A stretch of 64,000 nucleotides of DNA from the NCBI GenBank assembly GCA_016223045.1, contig JACRPT010000146.1:1760-65759 (forward strand). Reading direction: 5' to 3'. The translations under genes and the position numbers were made by a program. Position 1 is the stretch's first letter, and every line of letters begins with the position of its first letter. Of the stretch, positions 42,829-54,844 are shown one piece after another. The stretch comes from Candidatus Eiseniibacteriota bacterium. Its GTDB lineage: Bacteria > Eisenbacteria > RBG-16-71-46. Below the pieces are notes generated by a model. The model was given only the letters and a program-made list of their open reading frames with translations. It made no database searches and was not told the origin of the DNA.

Positions 42829-44634
42829 ATGGCCCGAGCCCCGCGGTCACAGCCCGTGACGTCGAGGAGGAACAACCGCGGCCTGCGCGCCGCCGCGGTC
42901 CCGGCCATGCAGCGCCCGGGCATCGAAGGCCCCACTGCCGCGCGACCCGCGACCGTGACGAACCTCCCGATGGAGGTCGCGCGCCAGGCGCAGCGCGAGA
43001 TGGACCGCCTGCGCCGCCTGCCGCCCGGCTCTCCCGAGGCCGGGCAGGTGCGCGGCTACCTGCAGTGGCTGTGGTCCATGCCGTGGGACCTGAGCGCGCC
43101 CGAGGACGCGGACCTCAAGGCCGTCGAATCCACGCTGGAGCGCGAACACCTCGGCCTGGTGAAGGCGAAGGAGCGCATCGTCGAGTACCTCGCGGTGCGC
43201 CGGCTCAAGGCCGACCTGCCCGGGCCCGCGCTGTGCCTGGTCGGCCCGCCCGGGACGGGCAAGTCGTCGCTGTGCGCCGCGGCCGCGCACGCGCTCGGCC
43301 GCCCGTTCGTGCGCATCAACGTCTCGGGCACCAGCGACGTGGGCGAGCTGCGCGGCGTGCCGCGCACGCTGCCGGGCGCCCAGCCCGGCAAGCTGGTGCG
43401 CGCGCTGCGCGACGCCGGGGTGTGCAACCCGGTCATCATGATCGACGGCGTGGACCGGCTGGTCGGCGAGGGCGGGCTCGGCGTGCTGGAGGCGCTGCTC
43501 GAGCTGCTCGACCCCGAGAGCAACGCCCACTTCACCGACCACTACCTGGGCATCTCGGTCGACCTCTCGCACGCGGTGCTGCTGCTGTGCGCGACCAGCC
43601 CGGACATGCTCCCCGACCTACTGCAGGAGCGCATCGAGGTCATCGAGGTGCCGGGCTACGGCGAGGACGAGAAGCTGGAGATCGCGAAGCGCTTCCTGAT
43701 GCCGCGCCAGCTCGCGGAGCACGGCCTCACGCCGCGCGACCTCAAGCTCCCCGAGGAGACGCTGCGCGCCATGGTGCGCCACTACACGCTCGAAGCGGGC
43801 GTGCGCGGCCTGGCGCGCCAGATCGCCACCGTCTGCCGCAAGGTGGCGCGCGCGCGCGCCACCGGCGACCGCCGCCGCCACGACGTGACGCCCGAGCGGC
43901 TCGAGCGCTATCTCGGGCACCGCATCTACACGCCGGAGATGGTGGGCAAGAGCGACGAGGTCGGGGTGGCCGCCGGCCTGGCCTGGACCGCCGCGGGCGG
44001 CGAGATCCTCGTGGTCGAGGCGCTCAAGATGCCGGGCTCGGGACGGGTGGTCACGACCGGCCAGCTCGGCGAGGTGATGAAGGAGTCGGTGCAGGCCGCG
44101 CATTCCTACGTGCGCTCGCGCGCCGACCTGCTCGAGATCGACGCCGAGGCCTTCTCGAACTACGACATCCACATCCACTTCCCCGCGGCGGGCGTGCCCA
44201 AGGACGGCCCCTCGGCCGGCATCACCGTGGGGCTGGTCATCGCCTCGGTGCTGAGCGACCGGCCCATCCGCCACGACATCGCCATGACCGGCGAGGTGAG
44301 CCTGCGCGGCAAGGTCCTCGCCGTGGGCGGGCTGCGCGAGAAGGCGCTGGCCGCCTACCGCGCCGGGTTCCGCACGTTCATCTTCCCCACCGCGAACGAG
44401 AAGGACGTGGACGACATCCCGCCCGACGTGCGCGACCGCCTCGAGCTGGTCTCGGTCGAGACCATGGACGACGTGTTCGGCGTGGCGCTCCACCGCGTCA
44501 TCGTGCCGCAGCGGGTGGGCGGCAACTTCATCATCGAGGTGGAGGACGACGGGGAAGGCGACGCGGAGACCGAGATCGAGCGCCGCGACCAACCGAAGAC
44601 CGCGCGCGGCAGGAAGGCGAGGCGGGAGCGGTAG
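42829..44634 (+). CDS. lon: ATP-dependent Lon-type protease lacking the N-terminal LON domain
   Basis: Walker A GPPGTGKSS, an AAA+ module, and a Lon proteolytic domain with DGPSAGIT (catalytic Ser) and a downstream Lys (GKVLAVGGLREK). It starts right at the AAA+ region. Confidence 0.8.
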   Translation: MARAPRSQPVTSRRNNRGLRAAAVPAMQRPGIEGPTAARPATVTNLPMEVARQAQREMDRLRRLPPGSPEAGQVRGYLQWLWSMPWDLSAPEDADLKAVESTLEREHLGLVKAKERIVEYLAVRRLKADLPGPALCLVGPPGTGKSSLCAAAAHALGRPFVRINVSGTSDVGELRGVPRTLPGAQPGKLVRALRDAGVCNPVIMIDGVDRLVGEGGLGVLEALLELLDPESNAHFTDHYLGISVDLSHAVLLLCATSPDMLPDLLQERIEVIEVPGYGEDEKLEIAKRFLMPRQLAEHGLTPRDLKLPEETLRAMVRHYTLEAGVRGLARQIATVCRKVARARATGDRRRHDVTPERLERYLGHRIYTPEMVGKSDEVGVAAGLAWTAAGGEILVVEALKMPGSGRVVTTGQLGEVMKESVQAAHSYVRSRADLLEIDAEAFSNYDIHIHFPAAGVPKDGPSAGITVGLVIASVLSDRPIRHDIAMTGEVSLRGKVLAVGGLREKALAAYRAGFRTFIFPTANEKDVDDIPPDVRDRLELVSVETMDDVFGVALHRVIVPQRVGGNFIIEVEDDGEGDAETEIERRDQPKTARGRKARRER

Positions 44635-44676
44635 CCGCCTGCGCCGCGGCGCCGCGCCTGGGGCAGCAGCCCATGG

Positions 44677-45885
<1,209 letters not shown>

Positions 45886-46029
45886 GGCGGAATCCCTCTT
45901 GGATAGGTCAAGGGCTGGAAACGCGTGCAATCTAGCACGCCGGCCCGGCGCGAGTGAGCCCCCCCGCGGCACACGCCTTGCCTTTTCCGGGCGTCCCGCT
46001 CCGACGTCCCAGGCACAGGAGGGCCCCCG

Positions 46030-47393
46030 TGTCCAAGTTCGATCTCCGCGACATCTCGGACCGGCTCACCAACTCGAAGGACACCGAGGCCGTGGTCTAC
46101 GAGTTCCTCGGCTATCTGCAGGCGGTGCGCTCGGATTGGCGCGCCTCCCTGGCCTTCTACGAGGTGAGCGGCGACGCGCTGGTGAACATCTACGAGCGCC
46201 GCGCCAACCAGCTGGTGCGGCGCGACGTCTCGATCCCGGTGGACCAGCTCCCGGTCCGACTCGTGCGAAAGTTCTTCCACCCCAGTGCATTTTTCAATCA
46301 TTCCAGCCGCCGCTCCCTCCTGTCCCACCTGTTCGGGAGCTCGCCCAGCTACGAGCCCGACCCGCTCGAGGCTCCGGGCCTGAAGCCGCTGGCCGCGCTG
46401 CCGGCCTGGCACTCGTGCGTGTGCATGCCGCTGGCCGACGCCGAGGACATGCTGGCGATGCTGGTGCTGGTGAGCGAGAAGAAGAACGCCTTCGGCAGCA
46501 AGGCGGTGGGCGAGATCATCCCGGTCAAGAGCATGGCGGCGCTCGCGCTGGCGCAGCACCTCTACCGCAGCGCGCGCGCCCGCGATCCGCGGCCCGGCGA
46601 CGGCACGGTGCCGTCCGCGGGCGCCGACTTCCAGGAGCGGATCCAGCGGCTCAACGTGCAGGCCAGCGCGCTCGAGGAGGAGAACCGGACGAAGAGCCGC
46701 CAGCTCGAGGCGCTGGCCGGCGAGATCGAGCTGCTCGACAAGAACTCGACGCAGTACAAGCAGGAGCTCGAGCGGGTGAAGTCCGTGATCTACGCGCTCG
46801 AGGAGCAGTCGGCGGCCGCGACCCAGCACCTGACCGAGGCCTACTCGGAGCTCAACGTCACGCGCCAGCGCATGACCGAGCTGCAGCGCACGGTGCGCTT
46901 CATGAAGGAGGTGTTCCTGCTGCTGGCGCAGGAGCACGAGGCGCGCGCGCTGCCGTCCACGCTGGTGGCGTGGTTCTGCGAGCACTTCCACGTCGACCGC
47001 TGCAGCCTGATGCTGCTGGACGACAGCCGCGAGACGCTTTCGATCGCGGCGCAGCGCGGCATCGACCCCAACGTGGCGGTGCGGGTCAAGGTGCGCGTCG
47101 GCCAGGGCATCTCGGGCTGGGTGGCGCACAACCGCAAGCCGCTGTTCGTGCGGGTGCGCGATGACGCCTCGGAGGGGCAGCACACCGACCGCGAGGCCTA
47201 CAACTCGGATTCGTTCATCTGCGTGCCGCTCACCTACAACGACCGCGTGGTGGGCGTGCTCAACCTGAGCAACAAGCGCGACGGCGAGCCGTTCGACGAG
47301 TTCGACCTCGACCGCGCCCTGCTCTCGGGCGCGGTGATCGCGATGACGCTGGGCGGGCAGGCCCTGGCCCGGCGTTCCGCGGCCTGGGCGTAG
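46030..47393 (+). CDS. GAF-domain / coiled-coil protein (putative signalling protein)
   Basis: GTG start. Central coiled coil. The C-terminal GAF-like region resembles FhlA-type GAF (GISGWVAHNRKPLFV ... YNDRVVGVLNL). Confidence 0.6.
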
Positions 47394-47564
47394 ACCAGCC
47401 GCCAGCGAAGCGGTCCGGCTCGGGAGACCGGGCCGGGCCTGCTTCGTGGTGTGCGTCGTGGCGTGGTGCTGCGTCACGCCATATGACCGCTGGGCCGGCC
47501 GACCCTCTCGGTCCGGCGCGGTCCCACGGCCCCCGTCAACCCTGGCGCCGGCGCTGACGCACCG

Positions 47565-48125
47565 CTAGAAGCCCTTGCGTCCCGCGACCACCACCGCGTC
47601 GAGCCGGCTCAGGCGGATGCGCCCGTTCAGCGGATCGCCCGCCGAGGGGCCGTGCAGCGAGGTCGTGATGGTGAGCCGCATCTGGCGCTGGGTGAAGAGC
47701 GCGGCCACGCGCGGGTCGGCGGGCAACTCGACCTGCACGGTGTCGGTGACGCCGGGTTGGAGCGCGAACGCCGACTCGATGAGCGGCGCGGTGGTCAGCG
47801 GGTCGGTGTCCACGTCGCTGGCGTAGACCCGCAGCGTGTCGAGCCCCGAGCCGCTCGAGTCGCTCACCACCGCCGCCATCGTGATCGAGACGGTCTGCAC
47901 CGCGGCCACGCTGTTCATGCCTTCGAGCAGGTTGATGGTGGCGTCGCTCACCAGCGGCTGCTCGCCGCTCTCGAAGCCCCCAGGGATGGGCGGCACCGGC
48001 CCGAAGGCGGCCTGCGTGTCCGCCGGATCGAGGTAGCTCAGCACGTCCACGTTCAGGATAAGATGGCGGTCGCCGCAGCCCGCGAGGGCCAGCGCCGCGA
48101 GCGTGACGATCAGGATGCGTCGCAT
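47565..48125 (-). CDS. lipoprotein of unknown function
   Basis: Lipobox LALAGCG after an MRRILIV signal. Immediately downstream of the OMP gene. Confidence 0.55.
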   Translation of the reverse strand: MRRILIVTLAALALAGCGDRHLILNVDVLSYLDPADTQAAFGPVPPIPGGFESGEQPLVSDATINLLEGMNSVAAVQTVSITMAAVVSDSSGSGLDTLRVYASDVDTDPLTTAPLIESAFALQPGVTDTVQVELPADPRVAALFTQRQMRLTITTSLHGPSAGDPLNGRIRLSRLDAVVVAGRKGF

Positions 48126-48142
48126 GGGCGTCCCCCCCGGGC

Positions 48143-49480
48143 TCAGTGGTAGAACGCGAGGCCGGCGCCCAGCTCGACGCCGCGCTCGCGCGACAGGTTG
48201 CGGCTGTGGGTGGCGACCGCGGCGTCGAGGCCGAAGCGCCCGAAGCGCACGCCGGCGCCGCCCGAGGCCTGCGCCATCCGGTTCGCGTCGAGGTTCGCGC
48301 CCGCGCGCAGCGCGACTCGTCCGAGCCACACTTCCGCGCCGCCGTGCACCAGCGTGGCGTTCACCCCGCGCACCGCGTCGGCCGCCACCAGGAAGCGCCC
48401 GAGGCGCGCCGCGGCGTTCGCCGTCACGGTGACGGGGACGCTGCTGGTGAGCGCCTGGTCGCGCGCCAGCACCTGCTGCACGTAGTCGCCGGTCGCGCTG
48501 TCGCTGGTGGCGATGCTCTCGCGCACGCGCCAGTCCAGGCGCGTGGCCACGTCGTTCACGCCCACACCCAGCTCGAGCCCGCCCACCAGCCACACGGCGC
48601 CCAGGTCCAGGCCGCGCCCGATGCGCCCGCCCTCCGGGCCGGTGTCGCGGAAGTGTCCCGTGTAGTGCACGTCCACCGGGTCGGCCGCGAACAGCGTGTC
48701 GCGCGTGGTGAACGACACCACGTTGTCGGCGTCGGCGTAGGCCAGCCCGCGCAGCACCTTGACCCGCGCACCGGCGTAGAGCCCCGAGCCGCCGCGCTCG
48801 CGCGGGTCGCCGCGCTTCGCGAGCGCGCCGGCCCAGCCGAGCTGGACACCCGCCGCGGCCTGGCCGCGGGCGTGGTCGAGCATCGCGTACTGCGTGAGCG
48901 TCCGGAACTCCTCGCCGTCGATCACGCGCTGGAGCGGATCGTTCAGGCTCAGGTCGTTCTCGTAGTGCACCAGCGGCGCCACCGCAACGAAGAACCGGTG
49001 GATGCCGAAGCCGATGGCGGGCGAGCCGTTCACCACGCCGATCCGGCTGTGCCCCCTGGGGAAGACATCCCTGACCTCGCCGAGGTCCACCGCGAGGCGG
49101 TCCTTCGCCACCACGATGGTGATGTCGCTCGAGGGCGCCGGCGGCGCCACCAGCTGCAGGTTCCAGGGCGGGTTGTAGAGCAGGTTCGCGAGCTCGTAGA
49201 TGTTGAAGTCGGGCTGGTCGGGATCGAGCTCGGGCGGATCCGCGATGAGCGGGATGAGCCCGAAGGGCAACGTGATCCCCGAGCCCGAGCCGGCAGCGGC
49301 GGAGACCGCCCGGTAGGCCACGTTCGAGGCGTCACTGCCCGGCCCGCCGCCGGCCAGGACCACGCCGCCCATGGCCATGCGTCTTGCACTGAACGACTGA
49401 GCGGCCGCCTGCCCCGAAGCCGCGACGAGGGCCAGCAGGACGCCCATCAAAAGCATGCGCCGCATGAGGTTCCTTTTCAT
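48143..49480 (-). CDS. outer-membrane beta-barrel protein
   Basis: Signal peptide MKRNLMRRMLLMGVLLALVAASGQAAA. Alternating amphipathic strands and a C-terminal ...GAGLAFYH aromatic terminus. Confidence 0.6.
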   Translation of the reverse strand: MKRNLMRRMLLMGVLLALVAASGQAAAQSFSARRMAMGGVVLAGGGPGSDASNVAYRAVSAAAGSGSGITLPFGLIPLIADPPELDPDQPDFNIYELANLLYNPPWNLQLVAPPAPSSDITIVVAKDRLAVDLGEVRDVFPRGHSRIGVVNGSPAIGFGIHRFFVAVAPLVHYENDLSLNDPLQRVIDGEEFRTLTQYAMLDHARGQAAAGVQLGWAGALAKRGDPRERGGSGLYAGARVKVLRGLAYADADNVVSFTTRDTLFAADPVDVHYTGHFRDTGPEGGRIGRGLDLGAVWLVGGLELGVGVNDVATRLDWRVRESIATSDSATGDYVQQVLARDQALTSSVPVTVTANAAARLGRFLVAADAVRGVNATLVHGGAEVWLGRVALRAGANLDANRMAQASGGAGVRFGRFGLDAAVATHSRNLSRERGVELGAGLAFYH

Positions 49481-49674
49481 CCGAGGGGACCTGGAACGGG
49501 CCAGAGGTGGGGCTGGCCCCCGGAGATCACGGCAAGGACCGGGCCAGACCCGGGGTGCGCGGGCCGGGCCTGGCAGGCTGACGAAGAGGCCGAGCCCGGG
49601 GACCGGAGAAGCAGGTCTGCCCAGGGAGCGCGTCCCGCTCCGCGGTCACCTCGCCGCCGCGGTGATCGGGTTCT

Positions 49675-50190
49675 TCAGCAGCCGGGCGGGCGGCCGAAGA
49701 AGTCGGCGAGCGCCTTGCGGTGGGAGGCGAAGGCGACGGCGCGCGGCAGCTCGGCGCGCGGGAAGAAGCGCGCAGCGACGGCGTCATCACCCGGCCGGAT
49801 GCGGCCGCCGGCGCGCTCCGCGGTGTAGAGGATCAGCACCGAGCGCACCCGCGGGTCGTCCACGCCCGCGTAGACGCCGAACAGGCCGGTGAGCCGGGCC
49901 ACGATGCCGGTCTCCTCGCGCAGCTCGCGCACCGCGCAATGCTCCGGCGACTCGCCGTACTCCATGAAGCCCGCCGGCAGGCACCACGCGCCGGCGCGCG
50001 GATCGAACTTCCGCTTCACCATGAGCACGCCGCCGCGGTGCACCAGGATCACGCCCGCGGCGGGCACGGGGTTGCGGTAGTAGACCCAGCCGCACCTCGG
50101 GCACGCCGGCCGCGGATGCCCGTTGTCGTCGCGCTCCTCGAGCCGCGTGGCGCAGCGGATGCAGAAGTGAGGCGCGCGGGGCGGTGGCAT
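49675..50190 (-). CDS. NUDIX hydrolase with N-terminal zinc ribbon
   Basis: Nudix box GFMEYGESPEHCAVRELREETGI. N-terminal CxxC...CxxC. Confidence 0.8.
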   Translation of the reverse strand: MPPPRAPHFCIRCATRLEERDDNGHPRPACPRCGWVYYRNPVPAAGVILVHRGGVLMVKRKFDPRAGAWCLPAGFMEYGESPEHCAVRELREETGIVARLTGLFGVYAGVDDPRVRSVLILYTAERAGGRIRPGDDAVAARFFPRAELPRAVAFASHRKALADFFGRPPGC

Positions 50191-50435
50191 GGAGGGCGGA
50201 GACTACGTTTCGCGCGCGCGGCGCGCAAGACGCGCGACCAGAGGCGAGGGGTCATCCGGGCCGGCCCGCCACCCGCACGAAGGCCCGGCCGATCCACTGG
50301 CCGGGCCTCCCCGTGCGCTGCCGGAATGGTGCGTCGCGCTGCACCTTGCCGCCCGATGATCGCCCCTTTCTTGCACCTGAGACGGTGCGGGCGGGTCGGT
50401 CGATCGTCCCTCCCGGCCGCGTTCCGCGCCGCGAC

Positions 50436-51440
50436 TCAGTCGCGGTCGCGCTCCTGCTCGAGCTGCTTCTGCAGCTCGTCGAGCTGGCGGCGGAGCTGGT
50501 CGAGCTCGCGCCGGATGTCGTCGCGGTCGCCGCCGCGGATGCGGATCTCGCGTCGGATCGTCGGCCCGCGGTCGCCGAGCATCCCCTCGCCGGGACCGGG
50601 CCGCAGCGCACGCGGCGCCGGCTCGAGCTCGGCCTCGACGTTGCGCGTGACGCCCTTGCGCATCACGTCGAGCGAGACCCTGCCTTCCTTCTCACGCAAC
50701 GCCTGGACCAGATCCTCGGTGTCAACCACCGCCTGGTCGTCCACGCGGGTGATGACGTCGCCCGCCTTGAGCCCGGCCTTCAGCGCCGGAGTGTCCTTCA
50801 GGACCTCGAGCACCAGCACGCCCCTGCCTCCGCGCACGCCGACGGCGTCGGCGAGGTCCGGATTCAACGTCTCGATGCGCACGCCGAGCCGGCCGCGCCC
50901 GGGCATCAGGACCCGGACGTCCGGGATCTCGATATCGAGGTCGTGCGGGACGCCCTGCCATTCGCGCCCGCGTGGCGGCTTGAAGCGCAGCTCGCCCGGC
51001 GCGGGCGGCTGCGGCGGAGCGCCGGGCTCCAGGTCCTGTTCTTCGGGACGCGCCGCGAGCTTCGCGGCGAGCGTCCTCTTCACGTCGCCGCGCACGACGC
51101 CGATGGCGATCTCCTGGCCGACCTTCGCCGCGCGCACGATGTCCACCAGCGCCCGCGGCGCGTCCACCGCGCGCGAGTTGACGCTCACGATCACGTCGCC
51201 CTTGCGCAGCCCGGCCTCGTCCGCCGGGCTGTCCTTGACGACGCGGCTCACCAGCACGCCGCTCGCGCCCTGGTACTCGATGCCCTCGCGCAGCTCGGGC
51301 GTGAGCTCCTGCGTGACCACACCGAGCCACGCGGTCGGCGCGGCCGGCTCGCGCGCGGGCGCGGCCGTGGCGAGACCCGCGGCCAGCAGCACCGCCGCGC
51401 TCGCCGGCCCCCACCACCTGACTCCTGCGTTTCTTCGCAT
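50436..51440 (-). CDS. secreted tandem-PDZ-domain protein
   Basis: Signal peptide. Two PDZ-like repeats (GVLVSRVVKDSPADEAGLRKGDVI; GVLVLEVLKDTPALKAGLKAGDVI). Charged coiled-coil C-terminus. No protease domain. Confidence 0.7.
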   Translation of the reverse strand: MRRNAGVRWWGPASAAVLLAAGLATAAPAREPAAPTAWLGVVTQELTPELREGIEYQGASGVLVSRVVKDSPADEAGLRKGDVIVSVNSRAVDAPRALVDIVRAAKVGQEIAIGVVRGDVKRTLAAKLAARPEEQDLEPGAPPQPPAPGELRFKPPRGREWQGVPHDLDIEIPDVRVLMPGRGRLGVRIETLNPDLADAVGVRGGRGVLVLEVLKDTPALKAGLKAGDVITRVDDQAVVDTEDLVQALREKEGRVSLDVMRKGVTRNVEAELEPAPRALRPGPGEGMLGDRGPTIRREIRIRGGDRDDIRRELDQLRRQLDELQKQLEQERDRD

Positions 51441-51569
51441 CGGAATCCTCCTGTGCTAGCGTCTGTGCGGGCTTCGCCGGGGCGACGGCGTTCGCCCCCT
51501 TCAACGCCATCGCCTCCACCCCGGTTCCAGGAACTTGCCCACCGCGACGCGGCACCCCCCGAACGCCCC

Positions 51570-52985
51570 ATGAAGGTCAACGAGCTGTTAACTCTCGAGG
51601 TCGTGGACCTCGCGCTGGGCGGGAAGGCGCTGGCGCGGCACGAGGGCCGCGCGGTGTTCCTCGACCGCGGCCTTCCCGGCGACACGGTGCGCGCGCGCGT
51701 GAGCCGCGTGAAGCCCGGCTGGGCCGAAGCGCGCCTGCTCGGCGTCGAGTCCCCTTCGCCGTTGCGGATCGAGGCACCGTGCCCGCACTTCCGCGCGCGG
51801 CAGTGCGGCGGGTGCAGCTTCCAGGACCTGCGCTACGAGGAGCAGCTCGCCGCCAAGCAGCGCCAGGTGCGCGACACGCTCGTGCACCTGGGCGGGATCG
51901 CCGCGCCCGACGTGCGGCCGATCCGTCCCGCGCCCGAGCAGACCGGCTACCGCAACAAGATGGAGTTCAGCTTCCACCCCGGCGCGGACGGCCCGGTGGT
52001 GCTCGGCCTGCACGAGCGCGGCACCTTCGACCGCGTGTTCGAGATCGAGACCTGCCTGCTGCCGAGCGCGCTCACGCTCGAGATCGTGCGCCGCACGCGC
52101 GACTTCGCGCGCGCGCACGCCTGGAGCGCCTACGACCCGCGCGCCCACACCGGCGTGGCGCGCTACCTGACCGTGCGCCACCTGCCGCACGTCGCGCAGT
52201 GCGCCGTGCACCTGGTGGCGGCGTCGGACGAACTCGCCGGGCTCGACGAATGGGCGCGATCCGTCGCCGCGCTCTCCGGCGAGGTGCGCACCGTCACCCT
52301 GCTCCTCAACCGCTCGCGCGCCAACATCGCGTCCGGCGACGAGGAGCGCGTGCTGCACGGCGACGGCGTCATCGTCGAGCGGCTGCTCGGCCTCGAGTTC
52401 GAAGCCACCGCGAACGCGTTCCTCCAGACCAACAGCCGGCAGGCCGAGGCGCTCTACGCCGCCGCGCTCGAGGCCGCGGCGCTCGAAGGGCGCGAGACCG
52501 CGCTCGACCTCTACTGCGGCACCGGCACGCTCACGCTGCTGCTCGCGCGCCGCGCCGGGCTCGCGGTGGGCGTCGAGTCGGTGGGCGACGCGGTGGCGCG
52601 TGCCCGCCGCAACGCCGCGCGCAACGGGATCACCAACGCGCGCTTCGTCGAGGGCGAGTCGCGCCCGGTGCTGCGCGAGTGGGCGCGTGGCGAGCGGCCG
52701 GCGCCGTGGCCCGCCGCGGCGCCCCCGCCGCGGGTGGTTGTGGTGGACCCGCCGCGCGCCGGGCTCCACCCGCGCGTGGTCGCGCGGATCTCGGAGCTCC
52801 AGCCCGAGCGCGTGGTCTACGTCTCCTGCAACCCGGCGACGCTGGCGCGCGACGTGAAGGACTTCGCCCTGGCCGGCTGGCGGCTCGCCGAGGTCACGCC
52901 CTTCGACATGTTCCCGCACACGCCGCACATCGAGTGCGTGGCGCGGCTCGAGCGGGCGTCGGGCGGCGCGCCCCGGCCGGCATGA
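51570..52985 (+). CDS. rlmD: 23S rRNA (uracil-5)-methyltransferase RlmD/RumA-like
   Basis: TRAM domain, the 4Fe-4S Cys cluster CPHFRARQCGGCSFQ, and MTase motifs (DLYCGTGT, DPPRAG). Confidence 0.85.
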   Translation: MKVNELLTLEVVDLALGGKALARHEGRAVFLDRGLPGDTVRARVSRVKPGWAEARLLGVESPSPLRIEAPCPHFRARQCGGCSFQDLRYEEQLAAKQRQVRDTLVHLGGIAAPDVRPIRPAPEQTGYRNKMEFSFHPGADGPVVLGLHERGTFDRVFEIETCLLPSALTLEIVRRTRDFARAHAWSAYDPRAHTGVARYLTVRHLPHVAQCAVHLVAASDELAGLDEWARSVAALSGEVRTVTLLLNRSRANIASGDEERVLHGDGVIVERLLGLEFEATANAFLQTNSRQAEALYAAALEAAALEGRETALDLYCGTGTLTLLLARRAGLAVGVESVGDAVARARRNAARNGITNARFVEGESRPVLREWARGERPAPWPAAAPPPRVVVVDPPRAGLHPRVVARISELQPERVVYVSCNPATLARDVKDFALAGWRLAEVTPFDMFPHTPHIECVARLERASGGAPRPA

Positions 52986-53052
52986 GTGCGGCGCGCACAC
53001 CTGTCCCCCGCCTGACATGCGCGCACACCGCCCTGTGCTACCCTTTCGCGCG

Positions 53053-53817
53053 ATGAGACGACCCTGCTGGCTCCTGCTCGCCGTCGCGGCCGCGACCTCC
53101 GCGCCGGCTCCCGCACCCCGCGCCGACGTGCTCGTCGAAGACGGCGGCAAGCTCGTGGTCTGGTCGAAGGGCCAGCTGGTGCGCCGCGAGGAGATCTCGA
53201 TCGTCCGGTCGGGGGACAGCCTGATGGTGCAGGCGGGGAGCTACACCATGACGCCCGCGCCGCCGCCCTCCGGTCCCATCCCCTTCGACAAGAGCATGCG
53301 CGTCGTGCTGGGCGCGGCCGACTTCGGGCTCAGGGGATACCTCTCGCAGCAGCTCTTCGGGCCGGACACGCTGCGGCGCGGCATCGTCATCGAGGGCCAG
53401 GCGGACACGGTCTTCAGCGTGTACCGGGAGCTCAACGGGCAGGGCGAGGGTGACCGGCTCGTGCTCCCGCCCGGGCGGCTGTTCGTGCTCGATCCGCCGC
53501 TCTTCACGCCCTTCGACCTCATCTGCCGTGCGCTGCACGGGAAGGCGTTCGATCAGCGGCCGGTCACGCTGTACGTGCTCGGCGTGCGGGACACGGTGCT
53601 GGAAGCGACCGTCACCGACCTCGGCAGCGAGACCATCCGCTGGGGCGCACGCCCGGTGGTGGCGCGCAAGCTCGGCATCTCCGACGCGGAGACGCGGTTC
53701 CTGGCATGGTCCGGCCCCGACGGCCGCATGTTGAAGCTCGAGCAGCCCGCGTCGGAGCTGTCCGTCCTGCGCGAAGCGCCGCCGGTCAAGCGCCGCGCGC
53801 CGCGCCCCTCGAAGTAG
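53053..53817 (+). CDS. secreted hypothetical protein
   Basis: Signal peptide MRRPCWLLLAVAAATSAPAPA. Plausible globular body. Confidence 0.5.
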   Translation: MRRPCWLLLAVAAATSAPAPAPRADVLVEDGGKLVVWSKGQLVRREEISIVRSGDSLMVQAGSYTMTPAPPPSGPIPFDKSMRVVLGAADFGLRGYLSQQLFGPDTLRRGIVIEGQADTVFSVYRELNGQGEGDRLVLPPGRLFVLDPPLFTPFDLICRALHGKAFDQRPVTLYVLGVRDTVLEATVTDLGSETIRWGARPVVARKLGISDAETRFLAWSGPDGRMLKLEQPASELSVLREAPPVKRRAPRPSK

Positions 53818-54055
53818 CCGCCGTCCGGCTCGGCCGTCCCGGCTCCACGCCAGCGCGAAGCCGCTTGCATTTTCCGTGACGGCTGGCATCCTGCCAGCGT
53901 AAACGCTCCCACGTGCATCCCATGCCCCGCGAGCGCGGCGCAGAGGTCCGCGCCGCCCGCAGCGCGCCAGACCCGGAGCAGGGAACGCTCCGGTGGACTC
54001 GCGGGGGACGTCCGATCCGGCCACGGGCCGGGTTCGCAAACAAGGAGGCTCGCCC

Positions 54056-54844
54056 ATGCGTCATCGAATCTGGATGTGGAGTGCCGTGCTGATCCTCGCC
54101 GCGGCGCTGGCCGGCTGCGGCGCCACCAAGAAGGAATCCTCCCTGGAGACCACCAGCGACAGCCTGGTGGCCGCGAATCCGGCCGAGACCGGCCAGGGCG
54201 ACATCACGCCGCAGGAGCAGTTGCCCCCGCCACCTGCCGCCGAGCCCGCGAAGGAGCCGGCGCCGCAGCCCGAGCGGCGGCATGAGCATCCGCCGGCGCC
54301 GCAGCCCGCGCCGCAGCCCCAGGTCCCCAGCATCACGGTGCCGTCGGGGACCGCGGTCAAGGTCACGCTCGCCAGCGCCATCTCGTCGGAGACCGCGCAG
54401 GTCGGCGACAGCTGGACCGGCGTGGTGAAGGACGCGGTGGTGATCGACGGTCGCACCGTCATCCCCGCCGGCAGCACGGTGTCCGGCACCGTGACGGCGG
54501 CCAAGGACGCCGCGAAGGGCGACCGCGCGATGCTCGACTTCGGCATGGCGACCATCCTGGTCGAGGGCCACACCTATGCCGCCCATGGCACGACCCAGGA
54601 GATCGTCGCGGGCTCGACCCGCGCCCGCAACGTCGGCGCGATCGCCGGCGGCGCGGCGGCCGGGGCGCTGATCGGGCGCGCGGTGGGCGGCAGCGGCAAG
54701 GGCGCGCTGATCGGCGGCCTGCTCGGGGGCGCCGCCGCGGGCGGCGCGGTGGCGAAGTCGAAGGGCTATCAGGTCGTGCTCAAGGAGGGCACCGAGCTCG
54801 TCTTCACCACCAGCGAGGCGGTGGCGGTGCGCGAAGGGCGCTAG
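54056..54844 (+). CDS. lipoprotein with C-terminal glycine-zipper region
   Basis: RBS AAGGAGG. Lipobox LAGCG. Pro/Gln-rich linker. C-terminal GAIAGGAAAGALIGRAVGGSGKGALIGGLLGGAAAGGAVA (Gly-zipper). Confidence 0.6.
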   Translation: MRHRIWMWSAVLILAAALAGCGATKKESSLETTSDSLVAANPAETGQGDITPQEQLPPPPAAEPAKEPAPQPERRHEHPPAPQPAPQPQVPSITVPSGTAVKVTLASAISSETAQVGDSWTGVVKDAVVIDGRTVIPAGSTVSGTVTAAKDAAKGDRAMLDFGMATILVEGHTYAAHGTTQEIVAGSTRARNVGAIAGGAAAGALIGRAVGGSGKGALIGGLLGGAAAGGAVAKSKGYQVVLKEGTELVFTTSEAVAVREGR

